Positions 61,806 to 64,000 of a stretch of 64,000 bases of DNA are shown here, one piece after another. A program made the position numbers and the translations under genes. Under the pieces are notes generated by a model, which had not been told where the DNA came from, ran no database searches, and saw nothing but the letters and a program-made list of their open reading frames with translations. The stretch is taken from NCBI GenBank assembly GCA_964527215.1, contig CAZGNZ010000001.1, positions 193,276 to 257,275 on the forward strand, read 5' to 3'. This stretch comes from an uncultured bacterium (GTDB lineage: Bacteria > Fidelibacterota > Marinisomatia > SCGC-AAA003-L08 > JACNLC01). Numbering within the stretch: the stretch's first letter is position 1; every line of letters starts with the position of its first letter.

Positions 61806-62954
61806 TTAATCAAACTCACCGATATAAAGCCAAATATCCTGCAGGAAATATTGGTGCTCATCAGGCGCGATTTTTCCAAGAATCACAAACTGGTTTTCCC
61901 GGTTGCTCAAAATTTTCACGATTTCATAATTGCTTTTATCGGGTATATCCATTTTTTGGATGATATCACCTGCGGTATCCATTGTCAAAATCTTCGGAAC
62001 GGGGTAGACTTTCATGTCCGGGACGTAAGTGACGGCCAGGAGCATCTGATTGGAGTCCCAGGCAGCGGCTGAGCCGAAACTGCATTTTCCTAGGAAATCA
62101 TATCCGCGTTTCCAGATGAATTCACTGCTGCCTGAGCTGGGATGAAACTGCACGACAGCCTGCTTGGAATTCAGACTGCCGGCAGCTGCAAACAATCCGG
62201 TTTCAACAGGAGTTATGACCCCGTCCTCCGGATCCAAATCCAGCTGCATATCCCACTCCCGTTCCAGTTTCCAGGTCCACTTCTGCACGGACCATTTCAG
62301 TTTGTAATCGGGGGTCAAAATCGCACTGGAAATAAGAAAACCCTGATTGAGACAGTGCTGCAGCCCCTTGGGTTCAAAGCTTTGAACACCGCCCAGATAA
62401 TCATCAATACAAAGAGAGCCGTCAGGTTCAATCATTGCCAGCCAGATCGGCCACTGGGGGTCGTCCGGTTTGCGGCCGATGGTCATGGTCTTTCCTTCCA
62501 CGAGGGGTATCCCGCCGCTGAACTCGGTATAGGCCGGTCCCTTATAATCTTTTTTCCAGATGAATTCGCCTTCCGCTGACAGTTTGGCCGCCCAGGCTTC
62601 CATGTGGGGGGTGCCCCAGTAATGCTTATTTCCGACGAGGATGATGCTGCCGTCATGCATCTCGGAAATCGAAAGGGGTCGAATGGAGCCTTCTCCCTCC
62701 AGAACATGTTTCCAGAGAATATCGCCTTCAGGATTCAGACGGACAATGAATGCGGTGTAAATAATTCGAGCGTGATCCTGACTTGTGCCGGTATATCCGG
62801 TAATGACCAGATCACCGTTCAAGGTTTGGAGTATATCAATGGGAACATCCATCTGTCCCAGGTCAAGCAGTTTGTCAACGGGTTCTGAGAAAAGAACCGA
62901 GGTAAACAAAAGAAGCAGAGATGCGGTGCGGATGAAACATCGGATAGGGACCAT
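61806..62954 (-). CDS. Hypothetical secreted protein (beta-rich)
   Basis: 382-aa ORF with signal peptide FIRTASLLLLFTSVLFSEP. No motif recognised. Confidence 0.65.
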   Translation of the reverse strand: MVPIRCFIRTASLLLLFTSVLFSEPVDKLLDLGQMDVPIDILQTLNGDLVITGYTGTSQDHARIIYTAFIVRLNPEGDILWKHVLEGEGSIRPLSISEMHDGSIILVGNKHYWGTPHMEAWAAKLSAEGEFIWKKDYKGPAYTEFSGGIPLVEGKTMTIGRKPDDPQWPIWLAMIEPDGSLCIDDYLGGVQSFEPKGLQHCLNQGFLISSAILTPDYKLKWSVQKWTWKLEREWDMQLDLDPEDGVITPVETGLFAAAGSLNSKQAVVQFHPSSGSSEFIWKRGYDFLGKCSFGSAAAWDSNQMLLAVTYVPDMKVYPVPKILTMDTAGDIIQKMDIPDKSNYEIVKILSNRENQFVILGKIAPDEHQYFLQDIWLYIGEFD

Positions 62955-63201
62955 GATACTTCCTGTACTGTTTAATATAATGAAAGGGCTGCGGCAGAAG
63001 GCGAGGGTTCAGCAGCAGTAAACGATATCGTGTTGAACAGGCGGAACGGATAAATGTTATGGAAGCCCGGAACCAATACAGATTCAACCATCTATGAATC
63101 ACTCTGTCAGCGCATGGAATTCGGTTTCAGGATGAAATTGCCGCAGTATTTATAGACCAACTGCATTCATGGATATTATTGAAATGGGAGAGAGGGTGTA
63201 G

Positions 63202-63556
63202 TGGAGGCGGGCGGAATTGAACCGCCGTCCGAATATAAGCCACAGTGAGTATCTACATGCTTAGGATTTTCAGAGGTTCTTACTTGTCGTTCGGGAAAAT
63301 CCAACCTCCGGACAAGCCAGTCTGTGGGTTCTCGTTTACTGCAGCCAGACGATGCAGCAAACCAGTCTGCTGAATTTGACACCCCTTACCGAAACCGCAG
63401 ACAAATCCCGGCAGGGATGGCAGCCGTCAGTTAAGCGGCAGCAGAGTAGCCGTAATCGGCATTTGTTTTGGTTTCCCAGATGATTAACGAGGTTACCAGG
63501 AGTTCCTCGGCATGCAACTTAAAGCCGCTTTATACCCGTCGAAACCAGTCGCCCCC
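63202..63556 (-). ncRNA. ssrA: tmRNA (ssrA), 355 nt, CCA not encoded
   Basis: The minus-strand 5' end GGGGGCGACTGGTTTCGACGGG... matches the tmRNA 5' consensus (cf. E. coli GGGGCUGAUUCUGGAUUCGACGGG). The 3' end GGACGGCGGTTCAATTCCGCCCGCCTCCA is a T-arm plus acceptor. The acceptor stem 5'-GGGGGCG pairs with CGCCUCC-3' and contains the G3:U70 alanine identity pair. The internal tag frame GCC GAT TAC GGC TAC TCT GCT GCC GCT TAA (63460..63431) encodes ADYGYSAAA*. Confidence 0.92.
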
Positions 63557-64000
63557 ATTTCAAATAGCAGAACAAATTTACAGACAATTTCAATCTTGCT
63601 CCAAAAAATATTAATGGACAGTCGATGGTCAGTTGGTCTCGTACCGGATCAAATATGTTTCGGACTGCTGCGGAGGAATCCATCAATCGATCATAAAAGC
63701 AATCGCATATGATGATAAACAATAATATATAGGATTATTTGGTTATGCTTCTGTAATTTTGCATCGAACATTTCAATGAATATTATTTAACCTTATTGTT
63801 TCATGCGACTTTTCAGTATAGAAATATTGATGTGTTGATACGGAAAAAGCAAATATATACCTCGTTTCAAGTACCTTTCAGTGAAGTTGTATCCGTTACG
63901 GAACCCGCAGGATTATCATTTCGCAGGTCAAAATATAATGGATGAATGCGTACGGATCGTGCGCAGAGATCATTATTCAGGATTATTGCCAATCCGTATC

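Noticed and set aside
63176-63712. ORFs 63176..63382 (-), 63512..63712 (+) and 63519..63722 (-).
   Set aside because: They overlap the tmRNA gene or its AT-rich flank and have no RBS or motifs. The region is explained by ssrA.
1-64000. Search for CRISPR arrays, rRNA/tRNA genes, transposases, integrases, prophage or toxin-antitoxin/defence cassettes.
   Set aside because: I found no regularly spaced direct repeats, no tRNA-like T-arm other than the tmRNA, and no DDE, tyrosine or serine recombinase motifs in any ORF. The only nuclease (40807..41628) has no defence-system partners.

Overview
The window is a 64 kb chromosomal segment from a diderm bacterium. Several genes use AAGGAG-type Shine-Dalgarno sites. 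The gene content (GWxTD protein, C25-like peptidases, sigma-54 regulation, many DUF11 and dockerin-like secreted proteins) suggests an uncultured FCB-superphylum-like lineage, but that is inference only. There is no rRNA, tRNA, CRISPR array, transposase or integrase.

Main blocks:
(1) 1..26411, minus strand. A ~26 kb locus of secreted DUF11 ('conserved repeat domain') proteins built from two tandem paralogous modules. Each module is a variable-head protein, a ~155-aa single-domain protein, a 'type 1' ~575-aa protein, a 'type 2' ~574-aa protein, and a giant multi-domain protein. Module B also has a 2420-aa protein with four internal OmpA-like domains, translationally coupled (TAGTG) to a 1024-aa predicted outer-membrane beta-barrel. 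Module B is headed by a degenerate receiver-domain gene behind a good sigma-54 (-24/-12) promoter.
(2) 26994..29882. A sigma-54-dependent response regulator and a PAS histidine kinase immediately upstream, followed by a GH26 lipoprotein and a PHP-domain protein.
(3) ~33.4..36.3 kb. An AT-rich islet (compact M13 peptidase, lipoprotein).
(4) Housekeeping and miscellaneous genes: gpmI, a Reg_prop-like propeller protein, a GWxTD protein, a Cas4-like PD-(D/E)XK nuclease, a GNAT and a DUF3524 glycosyltransferase.
(5) 43826..61703, plus strand. An ~18 kb co-directional cluster. pgsB-pgsC and a 'poly-gamma-glutamate system protein' (no PgsA) are followed by overlapping genes for a duplicated-domain periplasmic protein, a small OM beta-barrel and a lipoprotein. 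The cluster also holds four large secreted proteins that all end in a dockerin-like double Ca-loop module: two C25-like proteins, one M14 carboxypeptidase and one ~15x WxDxR..DIYxQ repeat protein.
(6) A tmRNA gene at 63202..63556 (-).

The two best candidates for undescribed biology are the duplicated sigma-54-linked DUF11/OmpA/barrel envelope system and the diderm poly-gamma-glutamate locus with a candidate outer-membrane export module and dockerin-tagged enzymes.

All functional calls come from reading motifs by eye. No searches were run. Domain-level coordinates are approximate (about +/-15 nt).
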